64,000 nt of DNA from Octopus vulgaris (taxonomy: Eukaryota). This document shows positions 41,924 through 56,399 of the stretch, piece by piece. A model generated the notes under the pieces. That model saw nothing but the letters and a program-made list of their open reading frames with translations. It made no database searches and was not told the origin of the DNA. A program made the translations under genes and the position numbers. The stretch covers positions 147,436,001 through 147,500,000 of the forward strand of contig OX597817.1 of NCBI GenBank assembly GCA_951406725.2, written 5' to 3'. Position 1 is the stretch's first letter; every line of letters begins with the position of its first letter.

Positions 41924-42318
41924 TTGGCTTGTCCGGAAAACTCGTGCCGATTTTTAAAGGAAAGAATAAGGTCAATAAATACTTGCCATTAAATTTTTAA
42001 TCAACCAAGTATGAACCATTTTGTTGCACAACGTGTCTCCATCTTTCCTTTAACTTGAAAATACCCTCTTCCCAAAATTGAGGTGGTTTCATGGCGAAGA
42101 TTTCATCAATGTATCTTTTTACGTCATCCAAGGAATTGAAATTTGTACTTTTAAGGCTATTCTGCAGAGACCTGAATAAGTGGAAATCTGAAGGAGCAAT
42201 ATCTGGTGAATATGGAGGGTGGAAAAATACATCACAGCCGAGCTGCAGCAATTTTTGTCTGGTTCCCAAAGCATCAAGTGCCGAAAATGAACTTTCTTAT
42301 CTTCCATTTTAAAGGGTT
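41924..42318 (-). mobile_element. Truncated copy of the deleted mariner derivative
   Basis: One TIR with TA at 41922-41923, HPPYSPDIAPSDFHLF, and the same deletion junction (ATGCTTTGGGAACC) as 16634-17199. Confidence 0.9.
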
Positions 42319-42937
42319 CTGTCAAACAAAATTCGCCACATTATGTTATACAGATACTCGTTACTTATTTTAGAGATTCTCCCATAAGCACATTTATGCC
42401 ACATATGGACTGATGTATGTTTCTGCTGTCGTTAAATATCTAAAATGGAAATTTTCGCCAAAATATAGATATCGTATATATCAGTAATTGCAAGTTTGCT
42501 GTGATGTAATTCTGTCTTATCTACTAATTTATACACAAAGATGCAACTGATTTCGCTCTATTTATCACCGTAAAAGGAATATTAAATTAACACCGGCAGG
42601 GTTTGAGGTAGTTTGACGTTGACTAAATGGAGATGTTTTAAAATGTTATATTGCGCATATGATCCAGATATCTGGAGGGGAGAACATGAGCGTTCTGTGA
42701 CGACCATAGCATTCTTCATAACTGACGTAAGAAAAAATAGGTAACACAAAAATAGGATCAACATGGGTCTGCTTGTAAGTGTCTGCGGAGAAAGCTTTTC
42801 CTGCAATACGTAAATAATCTGTTTCCAGAAATACAACACAAACAACAATACAGAAAACTGAAACAGAAATCAAGTGACACATGGAAACGACTATATTATT
42901 ATAAATAGAACGACGGCTATCAACAAGAGAGGGAGAA

Positions 42938-42970
<33 letters not shown>

Positions 42971-43023
42971 TGCTATGTTTGATTGAAAGAGAGGTGACAC
43001 ACACACATATGTATGTATGTATG

Positions 43024-43058
<35 letters not shown>

Positions 43059-43077
43059 TTGTGTTTGTGTGTGTGTT

Positions 43078-43151
<74 letters not shown>

Positions 43152-43533
43152 CATAAAGCGCGAACTGGCAATTTTAGGGTGGATCTACAAATGGCATCGA
43201 TCTTTGATTGGCTTCTTTTAAATTATTACCTTGGGCCGACTAGATCGTTATCATTTGACTTTTTGTAAGGTGTGTCTACAGACAAATCGATAGTTGATTG
43301 GAATGGTTTATGTGTTGAGATTTAGACTTCGAAATTTAAAATGTAAAATCTAGAAGATTTTTTCGAATTTTACCCACAATGCATCACATATAGAACGAAC
43401 AGGTTTTTGTTTTGTGTACCAGATGAAAAACGAAGATGCCCCAAATCTGGTCTTAAGGTAATATTCTCTCATGTATGCATCATTAGTTGACTGTACAATT
43501 ACGTGTGTTCATATATACTTAAGCATACATGTG

Positions 43534-43911
43534 TGGAGGCGCATGCATGTGTGGCTAAGGCAGCGGACTCGCGGTCGTATGATCGCGGTTTCGATTCCCA
43601 GACCGGGCGTTGTGAGTGTTTATTGAGCGAAAACACCTACAATTCCATGAGGTTCCGGCAGAGGGGTGGGTGGCGAATTCTGCTGTACTCTTTCACCACA
43701 GCTTTCTCTCACTCTTTCTTCCAGTTTCTGTTGTACCAGTTTTTCAAAGGACCAGCTTTGCCACACTCCGTGTCACGCTGAATCTCCCTGAGAACTACAT
43801 TAAAGGTACATATGTCTGTGGGGTGCTCAGCCACTTGCACTTTAATTTCACGAGCAGGCTGTGCCGTTGATCGGATCAACTGGAACTATCGTGGTCGCAA
43901 CCGACGGAGTA
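43534..43911 (+). mobile_element. tRNA-derived SINE with core D and tail T1
   Basis: Homologous to 37877-38260 over its length. Confidence 0.83.
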
Positions 43912-43959
43912 CTACGATACATACATATGTATCGAAGATCAACCCTACCTAAAGCTTTG

Positions 43960-43962
<3 letters not shown>

Positions 43963-44001
<39 letters not shown>

Positions 44002-44346
44002 TCAGACAGACAGACAGATGTAGACGACATAAGAGGACAGAAAAAGAGTTAGATGGACATGGACATGTAGACAATGTAGATAGAGAGATAAATGATAGGT
44101 ACATACGTATATAGCTAGTGTTAGATAAATAGGTAGATTGGTAGATAAATAGATAGATAGATGGACAGATAAGAAGATGGATAGATAGATAGATGGATAG
44201 ATAGATAGATAGATACATAGATAGACAGATTCAAGGACAGTCAGATAGCTAGATAGATGGACATATAGGTAAATAGGTAGGTAAATGGAGAGTTGGATAG
44301 ATAGTTAGCTGGACAGATAGATAAATAGTTAGACTGACAGACAGAC

Positions 44347-44382
<36 letters not shown>

Positions 44383-44522
44383 TGATAGATAGATTGATAG
44401 ATTGATAGATAGATTGATAGATTGATAGATAGATTTACGGACAGTCAGATAGATAGATAGATAGGTAAATAGGTAGGTAAATGGACAGATGGATAGATAG
44501 TTAGTTGGACAGATAGATAAAT
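43963..44522. repeat. Degenerate (GATA)n array, 3' flank of the Tx1-like LINE
   Basis: GATA/GACA units abutting the LINE 3' end. Confidence 0.9.
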
Positions 44523-44524
44523 AA

Positions 44525-47362
44525 GTTTCTTTATTGGCCACACAGGGCTGCACACAGATGGGACAAGTTACAAGGTAGAGCTTTTCTTTTGGAGGATGAA
44601 AAAAACAAAAAAACAAAAGAAACAATAAAAAGGTGGCGTAGGTGTTCGATCAAAAGGGATCGTAAAAGGGAAAAAAAGAACAAAAAAAAAGGAAAAGGAA
44701 CAAAAGAAAAGAGAAATGAAAAGAAGAAGAAAAAAGGGGGGAAAAACGGGAAGAGGAAAAAAACGATCAATAGGGATCGTGTATCACAGTGTTATGATGT
44801 ATGTTGTAAAGGGGAAAGCAAGTAAGGTTTATCCGTGGGAAGAAAAGCCTACGAAAAAGACCACGGTAACCTTGGTCAATATTGTTATATGTTACCATAT
44901 TTGTTGGCAAGTGGGTAACCCTCTGTTTTCAATTTCTGGGTTCATAGGATTATGCTCAAGGTGGCTTCGTCATACATACGTGCCATCCTTGCGACATTCA
45001 CCCATCTTTTTTTAAGACATTCGCTAGACAAAACTTGCCTCTCTACTCTCACTTTCCTTTTCAAGTGGTACTTGAAGAAGTTGATGAGAGATTGACGAGA
45101 GAGGAAAGTGTTTGTCTCCAATCCTTTCAGACGCGTCCACCAGATACATTATTTCGCCATAGCCACAAGTATGACGAAAATAGCCCCTCCTTCCAGTTTG
45201 AAGGAAGGAGGCGTGACAATATTGACGATAGACTCAGCTGATAAACCGACTCGTCCCACACGTGACAGCAGTCGTTCGACATAAGCCCACAGATCGGAAA
45301 TTGTTGGACACTGCACGAGTGCGTGCAGAACGGTTTCGTCGCTCTGGTCACATCTCGGGCAGGTCGGCCCCGTCTTTCTCGAGCCGTGTCTGTAGAGCTT
45401 ATCCCGAACGGGTAGCGCTTCTCGGTAGCACTGCCAGGCCAGGGATCTCTGGAAGTTGTCCATGGGCCCTGGCCCGAAAGTCGTCCCGAACAGGCGGGTC
45501 AAGTACTCCTCGTCGACGTCCAGGTTCGCCCCGAGCTCGTCGTCGTACCTCCCCTCCACTAATCCCCTATAGAATGCTTTGGTTGTGATGAAGTCACTGA
45601 AGGTCGATCTAGGACGGCAGAGTTGCTTGAGAGCAACGCGACACTCGCGGTGCCATTCGCCCTTCCTCGGCCTCTTTTTGATCCACGATTGCAGTTCGGT
45701 CATGGAGACGAGCTGCGGGAAAGCGTACCTCAAACGGCGACCACACCTGTTCACCGTCGTCTACGAAGAGCCTGAGATGTCGCAGTCTCAGCGCGTGTCT
45801 GCGCATCATCAACCACGGCATGCCCAGTCCTCCTTTTAACGGGTGTTGACAGCAAATGGATCGCCTGACCATCGGGACGCATCCTTTCCACAAGAAGCGA
45901 AAGAGGATGCGTTCTAGTTTGGTGATGGTAGGGTCGGGACAAGGCACGACGGTCAGGCGGTAGTAGATGACTGACGCGATGTACGTGTTCGCCACCTCCG
46001 CCCGACCTTTTAGGGACAGTTTCCTCTCGGCCCATTTCCGGGCGAGAGTGACCACCCAACTTGGTATCTCGTTCCAGTTCTTCTCCACTTGGAGGTCCGG
46101 ACCGAACCAAACCCCGAGCAACTCGACCGGGCCGTCGGTCCAGCGTCCCACGACGGAGGCGCTTGTGGACGGCATGGGCTTGCTTCTCCAGGTGCCTAGT
46201 CGCAAGCCCACTGACTTTTCCCGGTTGATTTTCGCTCCTGTCACCGCTTCGTAGTTTTTCAGTGTCTCGCCGACCTGCTCGATGTGCTCGTGGCTAGACA
46301 ATATGACGGTGATTTCGTCCGCGTATGCAGACACGCTCGTCCCGCATCCCAGTCTCGCGGGATGCCCCTCAAAGTTGCCAGCTTCCACAATAATGACTCG
46401 AGAGTCAATACGTATAGAAGCGACGAGAGAGGGCATCCCTGACGGACCGAACGTGCGATGTCGAAAGGTCTCGATAGATGTCCATTTACGCGAATTACCG
46501 AACTGATGCCTCTGTACAAAGCGGCTATCCAGCTGCGGAAGACGGGACCGAAGCCAGCCGCTCTGAGGACTGCCTCCAAGTATCGATGGTCCACCCTATC
46601 GAAAGCTTTCGCTTGATCCAAATTGATCAGCGCCCCACCCATGCCAGGTTCGTTAACTACCCTGTCTATGATGTAGCGCATCAGGTGGAGGCTGTCATGG
46701 ATGGTCCGACCCGGCACGGCGCATGTTTGCGCCTTGTCGACCAGTTTCTTGATGACAAGCGCCAACCTCTTGGCTAACACCTTCGCCAAAATTTTCAAGT
46801 CTACATTAAGCAGAGTGATGGGCCTAAAGTTATCTATTACATTTCCCTTGTTTAGATCTTTCTTCAGCAGTGTTACGGCTCCTCGGCTCACAAAACCAAG
46901 AATGCTCCCGTTTCGCTGCCAGTTGCAGTACACCGCTGCCAAGACATCTCCAAACAAGTCTAGCATACAATTGTAAAGCTCGTAGGGTAGACCGTCCAAA
47001 TCCGGTGATTTGTACCTCGAGCATTCTGCCATCGCGTCCTGCTCTTCCGTCGCCGTGATGGCACATTCGCAGCACCCTTCCTCTCTTGTCGAGAGCTGTG
47101 ATAGGCTGTGTACGTAGGCACTGAAGTCCACCCTACGTTCTTGCCCGCCACTCGTCCCGAACAGTCGGGCAAAATGCTGTTGAAAGGCCTCACACATTTT
47201 ACTTGGCTCGAGCAATTCGCGCCCCTGTTCATCTACCAGAGACCGAATGGTGGCTTTGTTGCCCTGTTGCGCCTCTGCCACCCGGGCCTCTCTCGCGACT
47301 CCAACACCTTCGATCCTTAGAGCACGCATCCTAGCTCTGACAGCACACCCTTCGTGTTTGGC
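44525..47362 (-). mobile_element. 5'-truncated L1/Tx1-clade non-LTR retrotransposon (whole RT domain, zinc knuckle, 3' UTR), frameshifted
   Basis: KSPDLDGLPYE, NFRPITLLNVDLKILAKVLA.RL, LDQAKAFDRV, VRQGCPLS, AYADEI, GAKINREKS, GGLGMP, CPRC..ETVLHALVQC. (GATA)n on both sides. Confidence 0.93.
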
Positions 47363-47375
47363 TGACAGATAGATT

Positions 47376-47428
<53 letters not shown>

Positions 47429-47764
47429 TTAAACGGATGGAGAGATAGATAGTGAGAGATTTGTAAGGATGTACAAAAAGTAGCGATTATGGAGATAGTC
47501 CTTGCAGATGGGTGTCTTACATTATTTCTGATCAACTGTTTATTCAAAGTCAACGCCATTTTACCTAGCTTTCAACTAAGAAGCATTCATTTCAACAGAG
47601 TTGTCTGAACGGCAAGACATTTTTATTTATTTGATTGGGAGTCGGCCATTGTTACGAAACAACCAACTTCTATAAGAGATTTTCCTTCTAAATTTCCCCT
47701 CATCTACTCAACCACATTCAATTTGTTGAATATTTCAGACAATCGCATTGTCATTCACTATCTC

Positions 47765-47846
47765 TGATAATGATGATGGTGATGATGATAATGCTGCTGC
47801 TGCTGATGATGATATCAACAACAATGGTAAAATTATTTCTATTGCA

Positions 47847-47940
<94 letters not shown>

Positions 47941-47953
47941 ATGATAATGATAA

Positions 47954-47996
<43 letters not shown>

Positions 47997-48147
47997 GATA
48001 ATAGTGATAATGATAATGATTATAATAATAATTACGGTGATAATAATGACGATGTGGTTGGTGATGATGATGATGATTGTAATAATGATGAAGATGATTC
48101 TAATAATGATAATGACGACGACAATGATGATGACGCTGCTGCTGATG
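47765..48147. repeat. Compound (GAT)/(CTA)/(TAA) trinucleotide microsatellite
   Basis: Direct repeats. Confidence 0.93.
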
Positions 48148-48895
48148 CAGAAACAATTCCACCCTTCTCATTAACACACGCAATCTTAATGCACACTACC
48201 ATAATATCTTATATCTTTTTTTTCTTTGACAATCGACTCTTCCACTTCCTCCCCCTCCTCCTCCTCCTCCTCCCCCTCCCCTCCTCTTCCTCCTTCTACT
48301 CCTCCTTTTCTATAATTTCTTTTAATTCTACATCAGCACAATTTTCCTTTCATTTTTAATCATCTGTTTCTTCTTTTCATCCTCACGCATCTCTCTTCTA
48401 ATTTTACCCGTCTTTTCAGTCAGATATACATCCATGATGCATTTCACATCTTCCCAGCACATCCCCACTCGATTCTCCTTTAATCTCCTATTTGCATTTA
48501 CATACATACATACATGTATGTGTGTATCACAAACCACATATACTCAATGCATGTGCTTCATGTATTTGCTGGTGTGCTGCTATTGGCCAGTGTTAAAATA
48601 CCTCAGAGTCATGGACAGGTGAGATACCTTACCTTCAATCCCATTTTGGAGAGATTTTCATTGATGCTTCGGCATTCTTTCCTATCTTTCCATCTGTCTG
48701 TCTATGTATGTATGTATGTATGTATGTATGTATCTAGCTAGCTAGCTAGCTACATGTCTGTCTATCTGTAATGTATGTGTGTCTATCTGTCTATATATCT
48801 ACCTGCCTATCTCTCTATCTGTATGTCTGTCTGTCTATATATCTGCCTATCAATATGTCTATCTATTTATCTATCTATCTATCTATCTATCTATC

Positions 48896-48932
<37 letters not shown>

Positions 48933-49377
48933 ATATCTATCTATCTATCTATACACACACAGACTCACAAGCACACAAACAAATACACACGCGCACATAC
49001 ACACATATATGTAAGCAGAAATATCTGAGAAATGAAACTAGTTTTAAGCTTATTTACTTGGAAAACAAGTGCAAAAAGAGAATGGTTTCATGATTTTAAC
49101 TTTACAGCTGTTTCGGATGAACCACTATATTTACCTTAACAATATTTATTATATAGACATAAAGTCCTAAATTATCATAGGTGTGCGAAACAATACGAGT
49201 TTTTAGAGACTTGTGAATCAAAGTAGTTTTATTCTCTTTTATAACCGACTTCTTATACAATATCCAACTGCCATGGATATAATGGTTTGAATTTAAATTC
49301 TAATTAATCTTAATATGACATAGTAATTATCTACACCTCATTTTGGCGTCCTCTAAGATACATATGCGTACATACAT

Positions 49378-49420
<43 letters not shown>

Positions 49421-49959
49421 TTTATATATATATATGAAAATACATAATCTCTATACTTTTCGATTCCACATATTCTTTCCTCGTTGGAATTTCTACACCC
49501 ATGTTCATCCGTATTTTTCGCAAAGCCGTTCGTTATCTGAATCAATCAATTGACAATATCAATAAGAAAATTCTTCCTTTGTTGAGAAATCTAATTGTTG
49601 TATTGTCGTTATCCTATCTTTCATAAGTACATATGATTCTATGTAGATACATGCCCAGTTATCTATTTATGCTTTCAATGCTATTACCCCTATGGGCATA
49701 TATTAATAAAAATATTTGTGCGCGCGTGTGCGTGTGTATATATATATATATATATATTTATACACACACACACACACACATATATATATATGTGTGTGTG
49801 TGTAGATATACATCCACACACATATATGCATATATATATGCACACGATATGCATAACATAAATACAATACACACACATATGTTATACAAATATGTACCTA
49901 AGTCTGAGTGTACGTGCGCATATGATGCGTGTGTGTGTGTGTGTATGTGTGTGTATGTT

Positions 49960-50018
<59 letters not shown>

Positions 50019-50154
50019 GTGTGTGTGTGTGTGCTTGCTTGTACGTATGTTTTGCTTGTATTTTTCAAATTTCATCATACTGCAGAAAAATTCTGAATCT
50101 AACCCTGAAACAAATCTCTTTCTTCGGAATTTATTGAATAACAACTTCGTAATG

Positions 50155-50390
50155 GTGTATGTATGTACGTATGTATGTGTGTACGTATGTATGTATGTAT
50201 GCATGTATGTATGTATGTATGTATGTATGTATGTATGTATGTACGTATGTACGTAGGTATGTAAGTATGTATGTATGTATGTATGTATGTATGTATGTAT
50301 GTATGTATGTATGTATGTACGTATGTGTGTATGTATGTATGTATGTACGTATGTGTGTATGTATCTATGTATGTATGTATACGTATATGC
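50155..50390. repeat. (TATG)n microsatellite
   Basis: Direct repeats. Confidence 0.94.
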
Positions 50391-50529
50391 ATTGATAGAT
50401 ATACTTTGTAAATATGTGTGCATATATGTATTATGCAATTAAATATTTCTTCTGCACACATGCAAGTGTGCAACGTTACTGATTTTGTGGATCTGTAGGT
50501 TTCAAATATTTCTGCAAAATAAAAATATA

Positions 50530-50628
50530 TTCTTCTTCTTCTTCTTCTTCTTCTTCTTCTTCTTCTTCTTCTTCTTCTTCTTCTTCTTCTTCTTCTTCTT
50601 CTTCTTCTTCTTCTTCTTCTCCTCCTTC
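50530..50628. repeat. (TTC)n microsatellite abutting an R4/Dong-like 3' end
   Basis: About 30 TTC units. Confidence 0.97.
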
Positions 50629-50629
50629 T

Positions 50630-52160
50630 ATGAAAACTCACAGCTTATTTTGCTGTGTATGATGGAAAGTGTCAGCTGTCCACAGCCAACAGACTAAGGT
50701 GACACATGTTTACTGGTCATGCTTCAAGAACCCTAGAGAGAATTCTTGCAGTTCCTAGCAATGCTGATTTTTGTAGGTGTTCTTTTTCAGCCAAGTTGGT
50801 AGTTGAGTGTACCAATTACTATTGGTATCACATCTACTCTCTTCAATGACCACAACCTTCGTATTTCCCACTTCAATTCGTCACAGTAGTTTATTTTTTC
50901 TTCTTTCACATGATCCTGTTGTCACCGGGGCATGCTATTTCGATTATCACGTATGTTCTTTATTTTTTATTCAACACAACAATGTCCGGTTTCCGATATC
51001 TGGTCGGGTGATCGCACTGGAAATTACATCCCAGAGGATTTTGCATTTCTCATTTTTGGTGACTCCTTCTGGAGTTTTCTCATACCACGTCTTTGCTCTG
51101 TAGGTCGTGATTTCCACATAATTCCTAATGGATCATTCTTGCCACATTGTCATGGTGTCTTTTGTATTCGTATTGTGCCAATTTCGAGCATTCGCTAGCA
51201 ATGTACCATACCGTTTCACGCTCTCCCCACACATTCTGCATTTGTCGCTATCGGTAGTGTTGTCTATTCTGCACTTCATATAGTTAGTCCTCAACGCATG
51301 TTCCTGAGCTATATAAGTGCTTCTGTCTCTATCTTCAGGTGACTCCTCCTCATATATTTCCACCGGTTATCTGTATTTGTCTTGCCGTTCACATCTCTCG
51401 CACACTGACCGTACATTTTCTTTGCCTTCCAAGGTTTTTCTGGATTTTTTTTTGTTAATTTCTTGATTAAATGCTTCTTTAGTTACACAGTTTTCAGTTT
51501 TGATGATGTCGGCCTACTTCATATGTTTCAACAGTGGCTCCACGGCATTTTCCATATACGATACTAGGCTCTTTTTCGCTGCTTCGATACAGTTCAAGCA
51601 ACTGATCAAACTTCTCCCACCCTTTCTTCTGGACAAGTACAACCTATCGGTGTCACTCTCATGGTGGAAGGTTCCGTGTAATTTCAACACTTTTCTGGTC
51701 ATGGAATCCATTTACTTCACTTATCTCTTTTGCCACGTATTGGCTGCCTGAATTTTATTCCATCCGGTCAATTTTGAGCACAGCATCAGTCTCAGTCTTC
51801 GGAAATACACATTCCTCAATTGCTCTTTCATTTCCTTTTCCATTATCTCATTGAACTCCAGTACATCAACTTATTTCTATCCTTCCGTTTCAATTTGTTT
51901 AATCAAGTTCCTCTCCGATATTTCTGTCCCTGCTAGGGGCTGTACTTTTCCTCTTTTTAGGTAGATAATTCTGCAGTCCTTGAGGTTAATTTCCATTCTA
52001 ATATCTGTACTAAAACAGTCAACCGTGTTCACAAAGGAACTAACATCTTTCTTATCTTTGCACTACAGCTTCAAATCATTCGTGAAAAGGAGGTGGTTGA
52101 TTGTTCGGGATTTTCCCTTTAGATAGTACCCCAGGTTCATGTTCCTAAGTATCAATGTTA
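50630..52160 (-). mobile_element. Decayed R4/Dong-like RLE non-LTR retrotransposon, copy 1
   Basis: NHLLF..DLKL (RT), DTDRLYLSRRKGGRSL, AQEHALRTNYMK.RID, CRMCGE..ETVWYI (CCHC), LWDVISS.I..PDI (RLE). Confidence 0.8.
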
Positions 52161-52199
52161 TCATTACTATTGCTATAATAATAATACTTGACTAAGTAT

Positions 52200-52478
52200 C
52201 TTTTCTGCAGAGAAGATTTGCACCTTGTGTTTCTTAACCTGTTCGCTTTCCAGGCTTCTATTCTACTCAGATCTTACGTTTAAGTCTTCACTTTATTTTG
52301 TAATCTCCTCTTCCACATTTGCTCCTTTTAAATCATTCCCTGTGAGATATCTAAACTTCTACTGACTTCTACACCTCCAGCAAAGATCAATAATTTAGTG
52401 TCTCTTATATCTTTAGTATCTATCCTGCAAATAACAGAATCGACTTTCCTCGTCATATCTAGCAGCTTCCTTCTGTTT
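52200..52478 (-). mobile_element. R4/Dong-like pre-RT fragment
   Basis: I.T.DI.DT.LLIFAGG..V...L followed by KEQMWKRRLQNKV..DLSRI, resembling the conserved region upstream of RT in R4-clade elements. Confidence 0.55.
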
Positions 52479-52479
52479 T

Positions 52480-53292
52480 TTTTTGCGTAGGATGTGTGCA
52501 GTGCCCAGTAGTGCAATTGTATGTTATATATATTTGTAAGTCCTGGTGTTTTTGTTATGTATTTGTCTGAATATTTTATTATCATACCTAATGCGCCTAA
52601 TATGATAGGAATTGTTTCTGTTTTTAGATTCCACATTCGATTTACCTCTACGTCCATATCTTTGTATTCTGAAAGTTTCTCCATTTCTGTTAGAGAAACG
52701 TTTTCACCAGCTGGTACTAATACATCAATAAGAAAGCATTTTCTATTCATGATCTCTGACAACTATATCTGGCCTATTGGCCTTAATTTCTCTATCTGTG
52801 TGTATTGGCATATCAGAGTGTATGGTGGCTTTTTCGTTTTCTGTGATCTTTGCTGGGAGTGTTTTTATACCATCTTTTTTCTGTTGTTATTCCATAGTGC
52901 TGGCATAGCTTCCAATGTATGTAGGTCCCAAGTCTGTTGTGTCTATTATTATATTCCTTCTTAGCCAGGACTGGGCAGCCAGAGATAATATAATTTATTG
53001 TTTCTTGTCCATCTCCACATATTCTGCAGTTACTTGTTATGTTTTTTTTCATTATATGTTTTTGGAAATTTCTGGTGGGGAGGCTTTAGTCTTGTGCTAC
53101 ATTTAAAAATCCTTCAGTCTCTGCTTTGAGTCCTGAGCTTCTCAACCATTGTTGGGGTTTTGCTTTGTCTATTTCTTTTACACTTAGTTTAGCCCAGTAT
53201 TTACCATGAAGGGGCTCTTCTTGCCATCGTTTTATCAAGGTCCGTTGCTGTTCTACTTTTAGTTTGGATTTCAGTTGTTTTATAGCTTTTGT
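52480..53292 (-). mobile_element. Decayed R4/Dong-like element, copy 2 (CCHC and RLE)
   Basis: CRICGDGQETINYIISGCPVLAKKEY..RH..LGTYIHWKLC, HTDREIKANRPDIV, CFLIDV.VP..N...E.EKL.EY.D, PIILGALG. Confidence 0.83.
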
Positions 53293-53415
53293 TTCTTCTT
53301 CTTCTTCTTCTTCTTCTTCTTCTTCTTCTTCTTCTTCTTCTTCTTCTTCTTCTTCTTCTTCTCCTCCTTCTTCTTCTTCTTCTTCTTCTTCTTCTTCTTC
53401 TTCTTCTTCTTCTTC

Positions 53416-53477
<62 letters not shown>

Positions 53478-53488
53478 TATTATTATTG
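53293..53488. repeat. (TTC)n-(ATC)n-(ATT)n compound microsatellite between R4/Dong-like copies
   Basis: Direct repeats grading from TTC to ATC to ATT. Confidence 0.96.
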
Positions 53489-55130
53489 TTTACTGTCTTT
53501 GAACACCTAACGCTGGAGATGTACTAAGGTGCCAGCTGTTCACTACCAGTGAACTAAGGTAACAGCCCTTATTTTTCGAGCACCATCCGGTGTATTCGAA
53601 TCGGTTCTAAGTAGCGCTGTTTTCTGCAACTACTCCACCCTCATTGCAGCCCTATCTATTCCATGTACTTCTCCCAAGCTAACCTGTCATATCTATCGAC
53701 TTTTCTTTCTTTCTTATCGCACACCCTGTTGTCAGCTGGGTATGCTATATCTATGATCCAGCATCGTTTGCTTTCTTTCTCAATTAATATTATGTCCGGT
53801 TTCCTATTCTCTATCTCATGGTCGCACTGAATTATAAAATCCCATAGGATCTTTGTATTATTATTTTCGATGATGCCTTCGGATTTATGTTCGTACCACT
53901 TTTTTGCGTTGTCAAGTCCATACTTGTTGCAAAGTGTCCAATGAACAATCCTTGCTATATTGTCATGACTTATATTCTTTCTGGTCTAGTGGCGTACATT
54001 GACTGGTAATATGCCATACGGTTTCACCATTTTGTCCACAAATTCTGCAATTATCACTTTCTGACGTGTTATCTATTCTGTATTCGATGTAACTGGTACT
54101 TAATGTTTATTCTTTGGCAGTAAATCAATTTCCAGTTTTAAATCAATTTTAGATATCCATAGCCATCTTTTTCACTGTCTGTCTTATCTTCGACATCCCT
54201 ATGAAATTGCCCATGCATTCTTATCTTTATCCACCTATTTTCAGTTTCATTCATTCTCAAGTGCTTGTACTGTTTTTTATCTTTGCCATCTTCCATCCTA
54301 CACAAGCCTGTGGTTCTGTGGAATTTTTTAGATTCCATGCTATGTTGTTTTCTTCTGCTCTAATACTATGTTCGCATCCAATCAGTCCTCATGCCCTCTT
54401 TTTTGGTACATATAATCTCTCTGTGTCACTTTTTGGGTGGAATATCCCATATCTAGTCAGCAACTTCCTTGTCTTTCTGTATAAGTTGTTTAGTTTGTCT
54501 ACTGTCCATGCGATTTCGACTTAAGGATCAATCTCTGTCTGCGCAAGTAATCCACCGTAATATTTTTCTGTCATTTCTTTCTCCATCAATTTATCCATTT
54601 CCAATTTCACCAAGTATTTACAGCCAATCTCTTCTCTCTGCTTCATAACGTCCCCCGACCGTATCGCTCGTACGTTCATACATTTGATTTTGCCTCTCTT
54701 CGAGACTAACACACCACTCTTTATCAGTCCGGACTCCATTCTGATATCAGCAGTGAAGTGAAAGTATGTACCGCATGACCTAGGGAACGGACTTGTCAGT
54801 ATCTCCTAAGATGAACACCATTTTTGTCTACGGGTTTGCTCTGACAGTAACACTCCACGACCACAGCATTGACTGGTTTGTTCCATCTACGCCGTGTGTG
54901 TTGGTCCCTTGCTGGTTAACGACAGGCTGAAGTCGGACAAGTATCTCCGAGCCTGCCGGGTGCAACAGTCACCATTAAGAGCTTCAGTTTCATTTCCACC
55001 GTTATTCACAATATTTTGTTTTTTCATTGTCACTCCTATGAGGTAGCGCAATTGACAGTGTTTTTATTGTGAAACCATCGCTAGATAAATAATCAATCAG
55101 AGCATAGGAAGTTTCCAACCGCTTCCTTTC
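53489..55130 (-). mobile_element. Decayed R4/Dong-like element, copy 3 (internally deleted, possibly retaining a 5' end)
   Basis: HPKSDTERLYVPKK, MHGQFHRD, CRICGQNGETVWHI, HDNIARIVHW, LWDFIIQCDHEIENRKPDI, IDIAYP.D. (TAA)n/(ATT)n lies at both ends. The 5' limit is uncertain. Confidence 0.75.
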
Positions 55131-56161
55131 ATTATTATTATCATCACTGATATTATTATTTTCATTTTTTACTAGTTGTCACTATTAATATTTCCTCTGA
55201 CTCAACATTTTGGCTAAATTATTATTATTATCATTATTATATTTAGCACTCTTATTACCATCATTATTATCATTTCCATTTATTATCAAAATATATTATT
55301 AGATATTGTTTAGTTTCAGCTTTTGTCTTGTTCTTGAGATAATCATAAATATGTGAGGGTTTAAAGGAATATTAGGGGCTAGAGAAACAGCTTTGTGAAT
55401 CGATTAAATTCCACAGGTCTGTAAATAGATTACTTTTATTATTACTATTAGAATTTATGTGTGAACTTAAGTAGTGATATGTGTGAATACTTAAATATGC
55501 ATAGAATTTTGTGCACTCTTGTAAATATCAGCTTGCCTTACTACATAATACTACTTAACTGAATGTATGTTAAATTGTTTAGATATTACATATTCCTCTA
55601 TATATGACATGCGTATCATGTATCTATATAAAACAAACACGTATATTGATTATAATATGTATATGAAAATCGATATATGTTTATTAGACTGAACATATTC
55701 ATATATGCATGCATGTAACTAATCCTAATTTTCTTACTCTCACATGTATATATATATATACATATGCGGCAGCTATTCATGTGATTATTCAGTTATATAA
55801 ACACAAGAAAATTTACATATTTGCATGTCTGAATTGCAAAACTGAAAATTGTAATACACACAAACATCTTACACAAAGCAAACACCTACCTCCTCACAAC
55901 ACACATATGTATACATGTACTTATGTATTTATTCATGTATGAATGGATGTATATATATTTGTGTTTCGCTATGTCTATGCGTATATGCAATTAGATTTAT
56001 AAAACGATAGAAAAGATAGCAAAAAATGTACTCAATACGTGGAGCATGATTTATTCATTTAATTGTCTTGTTTCCTACTCTGCTTTTCCAATTTACTTTC
56101 TTCACTGAAAATATCCGTGTATGCAGTATGCATTAATGTAGGTAAGAATATGTGTACGCAC

Positions 56162-56218
<57 letters not shown>

Positions 56219-56278
56219 TGTATATATATGTATGTATACATATGTAAAAGGTTGAAAAGAATATAATTATATATATGT

Positions 56279-56326
<48 letters not shown>

Positions 56327-56399
56327 GTCGTCAATCGTTCAGATATACGAAAAGATGGATACTGTAAGGAATTAGAGATATGATATGATTTTTGGAAGT

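Noticed and set aside
47748-48359. 203-aa D/T/N-rich ORF
   Set aside because: Compound microsatellite with a non-ATG start and no splice or homology support.
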